Shown here: positions 44,443-56,310 of the stretch, one piece after another
Layout: each line of letters opens with the position of its first letter
Numbering within the stretch: the stretch's first letter is position 1
NCBI GenBank assembly: GCA_002269645.1
Contig: NIVC01000166.1
Location: 558,001-622,000 of the forward strand
From: Macrostomum lignano
Taxonomy: Eukaryota
DNA: 64,000 nucleotides
Direction: 5' to 3'
Made by a program: the position numbers and the translations under genes
Notes under the pieces: model-generated
Databases searched by the model: none
What the model was told of the DNA's origin: nothing
What the model saw: the letters and a program-made list of their open reading frames with translations, nothing else

Positions 44443-44738
44443 CATACATGTGCAACAGTCGGCCGAGTCGGCCGATCCGGCCGACCGATTTGGCGGCCAA
44501 TCAAGGAAGTCGCAAAAATGCCCACCCAAAAATAACCAGAGTAGTAGTACTAAGTAGCTGACGAGGCATTTTAGCTTAATAAAACAGTCATAGTTACTCC
44601 TGCCGTTTACCCAAAGTTGCGTTAATTTTGCTTTCGGGTTTTTTATATGTAAGTCGCATTTTTGGCCAAAAACTACATCGCATTTTTGTTAAAACTAAGT
44701 CGCACGGCTGACCGAATTTTGGAGGTTGCACATGTATG
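44443..44738. mobile_element. P/hAT-type MITE carrying a 28S rRNA-like segment, copy 2 (complete), nested in Merlin
   Basis: Perfect 14-bp TIR CATACATGTGCAAC; perfect 8-bp TSD TTCCCAAT (44435-44442, 44739-44746); 28S-like core 44551-44612 on the minus strand. Confidence 0.88.
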
Positions 44739-45373
44739 TTCCCAATATGTTTCCATTGAAAAAATAATTTAACAAACGGAAAAGGAAAATTGCCTAACAA
44801 TACATGTTAAGGCTATAGGCCTATCTATGCCAAGAAAGAATTTTTCTATTAAACTCTTACATTAATGAAGCAAGAAAAGTAGGTTAATTAATTTTGAAGT
44901 GCAATAGGCCCTATATTGCATTGATAAGCCTATATTCTTTCTAAAATATATAGTGATACATGTTTGAATTTTCTAAATTTGGCCTATTCAAATTCAAATT
45001 CAAATTCAAAATTCATTATTGAATTATAAAAAAGTAAAAAGGTTGTTTAAAAAGAAAGATTATTAATGATAAACAATTATTTAATTAATCAGTAAATATT
45101 AATTTTTTAAAATCATAAATAAAATATTTCATATAAAGCTCAATTCTCTATAAACATTTGGCACTAAGGTAACTAAATTAAAAATAAGGACACTGTCAAT
45201 TGCGAATACTGTTACCCCTACCAAATAGTCACTTTGTCAACCATCTGATAAAATGCCAGTTGATAAAGTGACTAGCACCCAGGCCATCATAGGCTTAGTC
45301 TTAGACTTAAACTATACCTAAGCCCTATATTATAGCATAATTGCATGTATTGTATACTAGTTCCCCTTATATA

Positions 45374-46091
45374 CAGGGTGGTCCAGAAAGGTCTCCCGGG
45401 TTACAAACAGAGTTTTCTCTGCATTGGATTGATGGGTTGGGCTGAAACTTGACCTGCTGAAACTTTATTCTAAATATATTTATTTGTCTAAAAATCTTAG
45501 CAATTGCTAAAAAAATCATGAAGTTATAGCAGTTTTTCTAAAAAACACAATTTTCACTTATTGATGTGCACATTTTATTCCAGCATTATAACTTACACGC
45601 CAGTTGAAAGATTTAAAATAGCATCCTAGCTGGATGAATTGAAGAGTCCGCTATTGGTCTAGCGGCAATGGTGTTGTGAGTGTCTGGGGATGGGTGAAAG
45701 ACAACGTCTACTGACAACCAGTGGACAGCCTAGATGAGCTTAACGCAGTTAATGCAGAATATACCAGTCGACTTTGTTGTCAACAGCCTTATAATAGCTT
45801 TAAGAAGCGCCTGCAGACTTGTATTGACAACAAAGGTCATCATGTAGAGCATTGACTAACAGCTGCATATCAGATTGTGCTAAAACCCAACTGATTTAAC
45901 AAAAAATTTAGAATTTAGAAATTTAGAAAAACTGCTATAACTTCACGATTTTTTAGCAATTGCTAAGATTTTTAGACAAAAAAATTATATTTAGAATAAA
46001 GTTTAAGCAGGTCAAGTTTCAAGCCCAAACCATCAATCTAGTGTAGAGAAAACTCTGTTTGTAATCCAGGAGACCTTTCTGGACCACCCTG
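45374..46091 (+). mobile_element. Internally deleted Tc1/maT-like element with ~170-bp TIRs
   Basis: TA|CAGGGTGGTCCAGAAAGG ... CCTTTCTGGACCACCCTG|TA; internal transposase C-terminal remnant WGWVKDNVY...SFKKRLQTCIDNKGHHVEH. Confidence 0.87.
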
Positions 46092-46097
46092 TATATA

Positions 46098-46615
46098 TAA
46101 GAGGTGTATTCAAAAAGTTCTTTTCGGTGCCCTACAAAACTGAACACAAAACAACTGGAACTATGAAAACACTGTTAGATTGCTTAACATGATTCTGTCA
46201 CTCAACATATTCACTGCCAATGTCTTTGCACTTCTGCCAGCGATTTACTAGGCCTCTGATTTTGGAACTCACACCACTTGCGTCCGTTTGGCGAATAGCT
46301 TGATTGCAAGTAGCTTCGATGTGCTCGATGCTGTTGAATTGAATGTCCCGAAGGTGCCTCTTCACAGATAGAAATAAGAAGAAGTCGCACAGCAACAAAT
46401 CAGGCAAATAGGGTGGATGTTGGAGCACTCCCCAGCCCCATTTGCTCAGGAGTTCCACGAAGTTGTGCTTGCGATGTGCTGGCACATTGTTGTGCAGCAG
46501 GATCACGCCAGATTCCAGCAGATCAGGGCGCTTCTTTCATATTGCTGGGTGCAACTTCTGCTGCAGAATCCACTTGTAGTAGTTCCCATTGACGGTGGTT
46601 CCTTGTGGGACTGTC
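46098..46615 (-). mobile_element. mariner (DD34D-type) transposase 3' fragment with one TIR
   Basis: VPQGTTVNGNYY, ILLHNNVPAH, HPPYLPDLLLCDFFLF, RWQKCKDIGSEYVE; TIR-like TAAGAGGTGTATTCAAAAAGT at ~46098. Confidence 0.88.
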
Positions 46616-47870
46616 CGCTGGGACTCTCACATTGCGTAGTTTGATGCAAAGGGCCCAGAGCCAGACCTGGTTATATTCTTGTTTAAAGTCCAGCAGCACA
46701 AGGGCCGAGCGGAAGGCAGGGCTGGCTTCGAGGCTGTCAAAAATCAATTGGCAGACGTGGGCCAGCATCTCTTCCATGCTGCAGCCAAAGCGAAAGCCAG
46801 CTTGTTCAGGGGTAAGCCGATGGTGCTATTCAAGCTAGACACTGAGATGCTGCTAGATGAGCCGCTCTATGGTCTTCGCAATGCAGCTAGTGAGCGCGAT
46901 TGGGTAGTATGAAGTTGGATTGCTTGGGTCCTTACCCTTCTTTGGGATTGGCACAATCGTAGTGCGGTGTTACCTAGCGGGGATGGGGTTGCCATGCCAG
47001 GTACGATTAATCAAGTTAAGGAGATGGGCTTTGGTGTCTGGCGAGAGCTGTTTGATCATTTCATTGGTGATTCCGTCCGGGCTGGCACTCTTGCCGGTTT
47101 TGAGCCGGCTGATGGTGGCGCGCAACTCAGGCAGGGAGAAGTCGCACTCGGCGTCACTGAGGGGTGCCCGGCGGCAGCTGCGCAGGTAGTTGTTTGCTTC
47201 AGTACGGACGTTTTTCTCGTTGTTGGCTGGCTCAAGCTGGGACTCGCTGGTGTAGATACCAACAAACAGATCGGCTTTCTCATGATCGGTGATAGCCTTG
47301 TGAGTGGCCCCGCATTCCGAGGTGTTTTGGGTGGTTGCACTTGATCGAGGTGGGGCGGCGTCGCTGCGGAGCTTCCAGGTGAGGCGGAAGAGGTCGGAGC
47401 TGATGTTGAGCTGCTTGCAGGTGTTCTCCCAATGCTCTCGCTTCGCAGTGGCAATGGTCTTGCGTAGTGAGACGCGGGCTCCATTGTAGTCAGTTATGTT
47501 GGCCGCCGACGGGGTGATCTCCATCTGTTTAAGGGCGGCGAACAGGCCTCCAGGGGGCGCAATCGCAGTTTTCGTTCCAGAAGGACTTGGCCTGGCCCTT
47601 GCAGGCTCCTCTGGGGATGGCTGCTGATGCAGCCTGGAGGATGTCGCTGCAGAGGTGCTTGTACGCCTGTGAGGTGCTGACGGGAGGGCGATCCTGGGTG
47701 GTCGCGGAATGCAGGGAGCTGCAAAAGAGCGGCCAGTCGGCCTTTTTGAAGGCCCAGGCGGTGCGGTTGGTAATGGGGGGACGTGCTCCATCGTGGATCG
47801 AGAACCGTATTGGCAGGTGATCGGAGCCGAGGTCCTTGCTGACGCCCCAGCCGAGGTCCTCGCAATTTTC
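46616..47870 (-). mobile_element. Fragment of a second non-LTR retrotransposon (end of APE to mid-RT; I/Jockey/Ingi-like), decayed
   Basis: DLGSDHLPI, WAFKKADW, KSASPDGITNEMIK, IVPIPKKGKDP..YYPIALTSCIAK, QAGFR, LLDFKQEYNQVW; stops and frameshifts. Confidence 0.88.
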
Positions 47871-48547
47871 CCGGAAAATTGAGACATTTTGCCACCCTCG
47901 AAAGGGTGCGGTCGCGTCACGAATGCAATCTCGTTGCCACCCATGATCAGAATTGCTAGTGTCGCTGCAAGCAACTCTCTAGTGGCTCTAGTGACTCTAG
48001 CGACTCTAGTGACTCTAGCGACTCTGAGGCAACTCTTTTGACTTTTTAATATGATGTAGAGGCGACTGTTGGGACACAATTGCAGAATTGTAAAAAGATT
48101 GCAAAAATTGTCTTCTTAAGAGTTATTGTGTTAGCACCTAATTTTCTACTAACTTAAGTAGACTAATTGCGAAATTTGATTCTAATTCATAAAGTGACAA
48201 TGCAGATCAACTCTAATTATAAAATGCCTCAAATATGACTCTATAGGCCTAGAGTCATTATAAAAGCACCCCACAGTCACTTGTGTCGTCCCAGAGTCAT
48301 TACAGAGTCGCAGAAATAGATTTATTAAAGGCCTCAAATCGACTCTTACGCGATTTTTTAATGACTTGCGACCCTGACACCTCGTCATTTGGAGTCAATT
48401 CTTTCTTAATTTACCTGTGTTGCCTAAGTACTGTTTTCATCAGAAATGGGGGCGTACACAGCGGCGCTGACTTTATCATTGCCAGGTAATAAAAAATATG
48501 AATTTAAACAAATCTTACAGCTAAATTCCAAGCCCAAGCTATACACA

Positions 48548-51500
48548 ATGCGCAGTCCAAAGTCGCAGCAGGGAAACAGTTCCAGTTCAGCTTTGTCATC
48601 AGCAGCGGTTGGCAACAAGCTCAAGCAGCACAAGCGCAAACTGGCCGAGCTGAGAGCCAGCCACGCCAAGCTGCAGACTGAGCACGCCGACTGCCGGCTC
48701 ACCATCGCGTCCCTGCGCGAACGAAACGCCATGCTTGAGGCCCGGGCTTCGTCCTCAACTTCAACCGCAGCCTCCTCAGCTGCTGCCGCCACCAACAGTC
48801 GGCAGTCCTACCTAGCCAAGGAGAACGAGCATCTTATGCGACAGCTGGACAGCCTTCTGTCTGCCGCCAATTCTCGTCGAACGTCTGGCAACGAGGACGC
48901 CGCGTCGCAGTGCTCTTCGTCCTTTCACTCGGCTGCCGCTGCCTCTGTGGCTGCCGCATCTGTCCAGACCGAATCTGACTGTCGAGGCAGCGACAGTTCA
49001 ACTGCCGAGTCTCTGGCCCGACTCACTGGCGAGATTGGCGACCTGCTTGATCAGCTGCGCGCCGGCCGGGAGCGCGAGGAGGCGCTCCGCTGCAAGCTGG
49101 TCACCGCTGAGGAGCGGGTGGCCTTCGTGCGCGAAGAGAAAAAAGAATTGCAAAAGCGAACGGACCGCTACTTAGACGAGAAGCTGGAAAAGGGAGAGGC
49201 GCTTGAAGAAGCTAAAGCGGTAAGTTTCTATTTAGTCTAGGTGCCGATATGTAGCTTATATTACTTTGTTAAAGTGGTTTTGACCGCTTTTTAAAGCAAC
49301 TGTTTTGAAAATCTTAAATTTTTATTCTAGACTAGTCTATATAAGCAGTCTAGCCTGTTTAATTATTTGCCTGTTTTTTCGTTAAATTAAAAACTTTAGC
49401 TCCGTGCCGATATGTAGCGTAAAATAACTTTTGTGTAGCGCTTTTTGAAGTGCCGTAAATGAGTTTAAACAAAAATTGGGTGGTCCTTTAACTATTATTT
49501 TTTATTTAGAAATGGTTTTTCAGGCAAAATTTTCTGTCGGCTGTTAAATTCTTGTATCCATTTTTTAGCAAGATCTAAACATTGGATATGTACCGATATG
49601 TAGCGTAATATACTTTGTAAGATAGTTTTCTGGCAGTTTAAAGAATGAAATTTTAGCTATGCTCGGACTTGAAAAATCAAGAATAGAAATCTTTCTTCTG
49701 GAATTAAAAAACAGGGGAGGTTAGGTGCCGATATGTAGCGTAAATAACTTTGTGGAGCACAATTTTTTTTCGGGACCAATTAATTATGCAGGAGATCCAA
49801 CGCCTGGAAGCCGCTTTAGCCGAGGCGGATTCTAAATTATCGGCCGCCTCAGAATCCGCTGCTAGCGCCGCCACCAGCGCCGAGCAGCGCGCCAACGACG
49901 CCGTAAAACTCGCCGAGAAGCGCACCGCCGATGCTGAACAACGCGCCGCGCGCGCCGAATCGTCTCTAGCCGAGCTTCAACGACGCCAGACAGCCGCCGC
50001 CGATGTTGAGAAACGCCAGCTGCTCAGCCGATGTCGCGAAGCTGAACGCCTGGCCGCCGAGCGCGAGCAGTCTGTGCGCGAGATTGATGTCCGCCTCAGC
50101 CGAGCCGTAGCGGAGGCCGAGTCGCAGTCGCGGGAGGCCCGCTCAGCAAAAGACCGGCTGGCCGCCGTGGAGGCGGAGAAAAATCGAATTTTAGAATCGG
50201 CGAATTCGACGACCAACGAGACGGAGCGTCGACTGGTTGAGGAGCGTCGGCGGGTGGCCGGGTTTGAGCAGGCCCAGTCCGCTGCCAAGGAGATGCTGGC
50301 CGACCTGCAGGAGCAGGTTGCCGTGCTCAAAGATCAGCTCAAGGTTCGGCTCAGTTTCTCTGCTTTGTTGCAGTTAATTATACAGATCTTTCTGTTTCAC
50401 TAGTTTTCATTTGCTGCTTTTATAGCTCGTAGCTCAAAGCTAAAATTACTGGTGTATAATATCTCTATGAGGTGAAGTTTAATCTCGTGAAAGTGCTGAT
50501 AACTGATGACGTGATTAGGTATATTATTCCTAGCTTCATATCTTCTTGTCTGTTAGGTCTTACTCTTCCTGTCTTCATGTCTTCGTGTCGTCCTATCTTC
50601 ATGTCTTCGTGTCTTCATGTTTTCGTGTCTTCATGTCTTCGTGTCTTCATGTCTTCGTGTCTTCGTGTCTTCATGTCTTCGTTTCTTCATGTCTTCGTGT
50701 CTTCATGGCGTCCTATCTTAATGTCTTCATGTCTTCATGTCTCCATGTCTTCGTGTCTTTGTCTCTTCATGCTTTCGTGTCTTCGTGCCTTCATGTCTTC
50801 GTGCCTTCATGTCTTCGTGTCTTCACGTCTTCATGTCTTCATGTCTTCCTATCTTTATTTCTTCATGTCTTCATGCGTGATTGCGTGAGCTGAGCCACAA
50901 CCACTATACTTAACTGCACCTACCCGTCGCCTCCAGTCCGCACAGGCCCAGCTGGACCGTCGCCAGCAGGCGGCCGCAGCCGACACGGCCGCCCAGCTGT
51001 CCGAGAATCGCTCCGCACTCAGCTCCGAGCGTAAACGCGCCGCCAAATCGGAATCGGAGGTCGAACGATTGCTGCAACGACTGCGCCAGACAGAATCGGA
51101 ATTGGACTCGGCCGAGCGCAGGCATCAGGAAGCTCGGGAGGAATGGCAGACTCGAGCCTATCAGCTTGAACAGACCTGCGCTCAACAATTAAAATTAATT
51201 GATTATTTGCGACCGTTTGAAGAGCAATTGAATAATTGTCGGTGTCGGGCTAAGAAAGTTGTGCGAGTTCTCGGACAGGTGAGTATCTGTTGACTGCTCT
51301 GATTGGTCAGGAAAAGGTAGAGAGAATCATACTAGGACTTCTCTGATTGGTCAGGAAAGGTTAAAGAGAGAGAGAGAATCAGACTAGGGCTTCTCTGATT
51401 AAATAGGAAAGGGGTAGAGAGAGAATCAGAACAGGACTTCTCTGATTGGTCAGGAAAGGGGTAGAAAGAGAATCAGACTAGAACTTCTCTGATTGGTCAG

Positions 51501-52177
51501 GAAAGGGGTAGTGAGAGAATCAGACTAGGACTTCTCTGATTGGTCAGGAAAGGGGTAGAAAGAGAATCAGACTATAGCTTCTCTGATTGGTCAGGAAAGG
51601 GATAGAGAGAGAGTCAGACTAGAGCTTCTCTGATTGGTCAGGAAAGGGATAGAGAGAGAATCACACTAGGGCTTCTCTGATTGGTCAGGAAAGGGATAGA
51701 GAGAGAATCAGACTAGGGCTTCTCTGATTATGGTCAGGGGTCAGAGAGAGAATCAGACTGCTGGCCCAGCAACTGAGTATCTGGGAGCCTCGCCTTTCTT
51801 TATTTGGTCAGAAACTTGAGAAAATACATCTGTTATGGGACATTCTAAATAAATTCCAGATAAATTCCACTGTATTGGGAAAGAATTTAGTCAGACCAAC
51901 CGGCTATGCTGGGACTGAAGCCACCTGACGGAATATATCTGTATATCTTCCCCCCCATGCAGCAAAAATGTACATTTCCTAAATTTATTGTCAATCCGCC
52001 ATTATCCAGTGGAACTCGGCAGCTCTGTCAACTCCGCAGAGGACCAGCGCATCCACAGTTGCAGCTCCGCAAGATGGAGCGACAATGTCAGTTCAGAAGC
52101 AGCAGCATCAACAAGCTGTTGGCAGTTGGCCATCAAGCAACAAATACAGTTTTGTTACTCCTAAAAGCAAGCCCTGA
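48548..52177 (+). CDS. Long coiled-coil protein, 4 exons, ~577 aa (citron-like motif near the C-terminus)
   Basis: Exons 48548-49219, 49792-50343, 50937-51278, 52010-52177, all phase 0 and GT-AG; E/R/A/Q/L-rich heptads; start codon uncertain. Confidence 0.75.
49240..49755. repeat. Four spaced copies of a ~30-bp motif GTGCCGATATGTAGCGTAAA(A)TAACTTTG
   Basis: Copies near 49241, 49403, 49590 and 49725 in intron 1 of the coiled-coil gene. Confidence 0.8.
50540..50880. repeat. 8-bp repeat (TCTTCATG/TCTTCGTG)n
   Basis: Intronic tandem array. Confidence 0.93.
51290..51770. repeat. ~45-bp minisatellite (TTCTCTGATTGGTCAGGAAAGGGGTAGAGAGAGAATCAGACTAGG)n
   Basis: About 10 units in intron 3 of the coiled-coil gene. 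Confidence 0.92.
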
Positions 52178-53059
52178 TTAGTTGCTTATTCAACTCGGTT
52201 CAGTCATTTCTCTTGAGTGCTTTTAACTACCTGTTATTAACTAAAACTTTTGTATTTCTTAACTGATTTTTATTCTTGTAAATATATACTTAATTGTTAC
52301 TTCAAGTAGGCATTTAAAAATCAAGCATATTGCTTTCTAAATTTATCTTATGAAGTTTTTTGCGGCTTTTTAATTATCCCACAGGCGTCTGCATTTGTGT
52401 CTATTTAGCTAATTATGCTAGCTTGCACAGCTCAAATTATTCATTGCATGCTCAATTATACTATAATTGCTTTTTATAAAACTGAACTTTCTATCTTATA
52501 TCACACTATTTTTTCATGCTTGTTTTTTACTGTTTTGTATAAAAATTAAATCATTGCGAGCGTAAAATTTAATGAAGTATTTTTATAATGGCTTCATCAG
52601 TAAAGGGACAAAATGTAAAAATTAATATTTGGTGCTTCTCTCTGTTCAGTATGTGTAATTATTTAGTGTCAGTTGCAGGTATTTTTCATATTTTTATGTA
52701 ACGCTGCACTAAATAGTACCTTTTTATACTACTTAAAGTAAACACGCTTGATTTGTAGCAGGTAGAAATTTTCGGCGAGCTATAAATGAGTTGACTTGTT
52801 CAATTTTTTATTCGCCGTTAACTAATATCTGACATTGCATAGGCATTGATATTGCGAAACAATTTCTATTTTAAAATAGATTCATTGGCGTATATTTTTT
52901 TCTGCAGTTTCAATCCTCTCGGTCACTGTTGCAGCTTCCCCTGCGCCTCATCAGGCGGTTAGTAATGGCTTTTAATCAGTTAAATTAGATCCACTCTTAG
53001 CTACTCATAGTGATGGCGTTGCCATTGATGATGCTATAATCAAGTTACATAGATATCTG

Positions 53060-53400
53060 CTTAGCTTCCAGTCCAGATGGTATCATTAGGTTACATGGAC
53101 TGCTGGTTAGCTTCCAGTCCAGATTGTATCGTTAGGTTGCATGGACTGCTGGTTAGCTTCCAGTCCAGATGCTATCATTAGGTTACATGGACTGCTGGTT
53201 AGCTTCCAGTCCAGATGCTATCGTTAGGTTACATGGACTGCTGATTAGCTTCCAGTCCAGATGCTATCATTAGGTTACATGCACTGCTGATTAGCTTCCA
53301 GTCCAGATGCTATCATTAGGTTACATGCACTGCTGATTAGTTTCCAGTCCAGATGCTATCGTTAGGTTGCATGGACTGCTGGTAGCTTCCGGTCCAGATT
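53060..53400. repeat. ~44-bp minisatellite (TTAGCTTCCAGTCCAGATGCTATCATTAGGTTACATGGACTGCTGG)n
   Basis: About 8 units immediately upstream of the RNFT-like gene. Confidence 0.92.
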
Positions 53401-53483
53401 GCTACATTCAGTCGAACAGTTTCCAGTCCAAAATTTTATAGGTCAAAGACTCATTTTCAAAGAACACCATCCCCATCCAATGC

Positions 53484-55918
53484 ATGCGTCACCTGGGCCG
53501 CAGGATGTCCGCCTCCGACCCGGAGGCCAGAAGCCTATCGACGACTGCCAGCTCCTCGGCATCAAATCCGTCGTCTTTGTCAGTGAATTTGGAGCCATTT
53601 TTAGCTCAACTGCCGCACAATATCCATGACAACGCTGCTAGCAACAACAGTAACTCCTATACGATTGGCGCCGTCGATGAGAACCCTGCCGACGCTGTGA
53701 ATGGCGCTCCGGCGCCAAATCCAACAGCTGGTCAGCAGCAGAACCCGAATCAGGCATTTATTCAAGTCACTAAAGCGGTGCTGCCTTCACTGCCCTTCAT
53801 TCTGCTGTTGGCCTTGAAGTTTCTGTACGATCACAAGGTGAGAGAGTGCGTGTCTCGGGTTCAGCTATGATTAACTTGTAAATAAATATGGAGAGTTACC
53901 CATTCCGCTGTGACCTCTGAGTCGCGGACACGTGTTGTACAGGGGCTCTGACCTGCTCGTCATTATTGAAGTTCGCACACGTGTGTGTGTATTTTAATTT
54001 TACAAGAAAAGTCTTAATTATCCTTGTGAAAAACGTTAACATGACAAGAATCGCCTAGAGTCATTGCAAACGATTCAATGGGGCCGGCTCTTGTTACTTT
54101 TGAAACGACCCAAGCGACTGTAATGCGACGGAGAGGCGACTTTTAAGTCACGAGCGCGGAGCGCGTCACGTGGGTTGCAGAACCTTGACGACTTTGATTG
54201 GCGACTTGTACCGCGACATCTCGTCGCTTTGGATTCGTCTAGAGTCGCTTCTTTCCTATTTTACCTGCGTTACTTGCAACTGACTCTGGGACGCTTCTTG
54301 GCCTGGGTACCGTTTATATCAGTTTTGCACATGACCTTGAAATAAATTAAGCAGAGGTGCATGCTGAGATAATTGATATTGAAGCTGAGAAATGCATTAA
54401 TAATCTATAGGTGGAAAATGAATTGAACTCGCGGGGTACTTTGAAGAGAGCCAAACGATTGTCAATTTATTGAACTAGCCAAGCCCGATACAACGCCCCC
54501 AAACCAAGGTCGGACTTCTGCTGTTCGTCTGCCTGTGGCTGCTGTTCGCCAAATGCAACGAAGGCGTCACAAAGCTGATCAGTCGGAGTCGAGCGCCAGT
54601 TGTTAACCTAGCAGCCTCCTCTGGGGCCTCGCATCGCAGACAAGCCGCCTGTCTGTGCTTAGTTTGCCTAGCAACTGTGCTTCTAGTTATTTACCTCTTC
54701 AAAGAGCAGTCATTGTGGCTCAGTCTGATTTGTTTGCCACCAAATTTGCAAACCTACGGCTTCTGGAGCCTGCTGTTCACCGTGACTGTCGCTGATATGC
54801 TGCTAAAGTTTGTTGTCATGTCGATTAAACTGTCGGCTGTCTGCTTGCTGTCTGACAGGCTGTCCTGCGTGTCGCTAACTCGGATTTATTTAATAGTGGA
54901 ACGATTCTATCAGCTGTACAGACAGTTTGTCCCCATCGGAGTCTGGTATGTCACTCTCGTGTCTGGCGGCGGAGCCGACTCCTCACGTATCTACACCAGC
55001 CTGCTAGTGATTGCCTATGCCATTTTTAAAGTGAGTTCTGCTTACTGCTTTTACGTTTGATTATTTTTAAATTCGTTTTTATGTTTAAATTTTGATAACA
55101 GTAACTCTTGTTTCCGAGTACACTTGCATTGATTACAGATATCCACCATTAACTCTGCGTCTGCACCAACCCGCCAGCCATCTTCACCAACCCCCAGCCA
55201 TCTTAACCAATCCCCTAGCCGTCTGCACCAACCCCCCCCAGCCGTCTGCACCAACCCCTTCCAGCCGTCTGCACCAACCCCCCCCCCCAGCCGTCTGCAC
55301 CAACCCCCCCCCCAGCCGTCTGCACCAACCCCTTCCAGCCATCTGCACCAACCCCAGCCATCCTCACCAACCCCCAGCCATCTGCACCAACCCCAGCCAT
55401 CTGCACCAACCCCCCAGCATCTGCACCAACCCCCCAGCCATCTGCACCAACCCCCTGCACCAACTTCCGGCTTTTATAATATTTATGTTTATATTTACGG
55501 CAACTTTTTACTTAAGGCAAGCCAACTACTGAGAGTAGCATCTATACCTAGCAATAACAACATCTTCCCCGGGCAGGTGCACAGCCTCTATACCTCGGCT
55601 ATACCGCTAGTCAAGATCCTGGCCAATCTAATCCAAACCCCAACGCTATTCGGCAATAACACCGCTCAATCGTCAACTAAGAGCTCCGACACCGGTGGTT
55701 GCTCCGACTCGAACGAGTGCCCGATCTGTCGCGAGCTGATGCGCGGTCCAGTTAGACTGGCCTGCCAGCACGCCTTCTGTCTGGACTGCCTGCTGCGCTG
55801 GCTGGCGCAGTCGCGAACCTGCCCGATGTGCCGTCAGGCTGTGGCGCCACCAGTGGACGGCCAGGACGCTCTGGCCTGGCTAGATGGCTCCACTACATCC
55901 GGGTTGCAGATCTACTGA
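53484..55918 (+). CDS. RNFT1: RING finger and transmembrane domain protein (RNFT1/RNFT2-like E3 ligase), 3 exons, 405 aa
   Basis: Exons 53484-53837, 54509-55030, 55577-55918, phase 0; SLPFILLLALKFLYDH, several TM helices, C3HC4 RING CPIC..ACQHAFCLDC..TCPMC. Confidence 0.82.
55150..55460. repeat. C-rich ~22-bp repeat (CCGTCTGCACCAACCCCCCCAG)n
   Basis: Intronic; G-quadruplex-prone on the minus strand. Confidence 0.9.
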
Positions 55919-56019
55919 CCTACAGTTGGAGTTCTAAGCAAAAAGCATGGCCTATTGCTAAATGGTCCATTTTTGTGAAATGCTTAATTTGTTCTTTTTT
56001 AAAGTTTATTGTCGCTAAA

Positions 56020-56310
56020 TATTTACCTGAGCTCAAAGACTCACCTGAGCTCAAAGACTCACCTGAGCTCAACGACTCACCTGAGCTCAACGACTCACCT
56101 GAGCTCGAAGACTCAAGGCTCACCTGAGCTCAAAGACTCACTTGAACTCAAAGACTCACCTGAGCTCAAAGACTCACCTGAGCTCGAAGACTCAAGGCTC
56201 ACCTGAGCTCAAAGACTCACCTGAGCTCAACGACTCACCTGAGCTCGAAGACTCAAGACTCACCTGAGCTCAAAGACTCACCTGAGCTCAAAGACTCACC
56301 TGAGCTCCAG
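56020..56310. repeat. 18-bp minisatellite (CACCTGAGCTCAAAGACT)n
   Basis: Tandem units downstream of the RNFT-like stop codon. Confidence 0.93.

Larger units (their letters stand above)
42958..45280 (-). mobile_element. Merlin (IS1595/ISXO2-like) DNA transposon, decayed
   Basis: TIRs GGATCCTAGTCAAATTATCAACTGGCATTTT / reverse complement GGGTGCTAGTCACTTTATCAACTGGCATTTT; degenerate 8-bp TSD GGGTCATT / AGGCCATC; internal transposase. Confidence 0.82.

Noticed and set aside
49240-49755. CRISPR array
   Set aside because: Eukaryotic intron, long spacers with residual similarity, no cas genes
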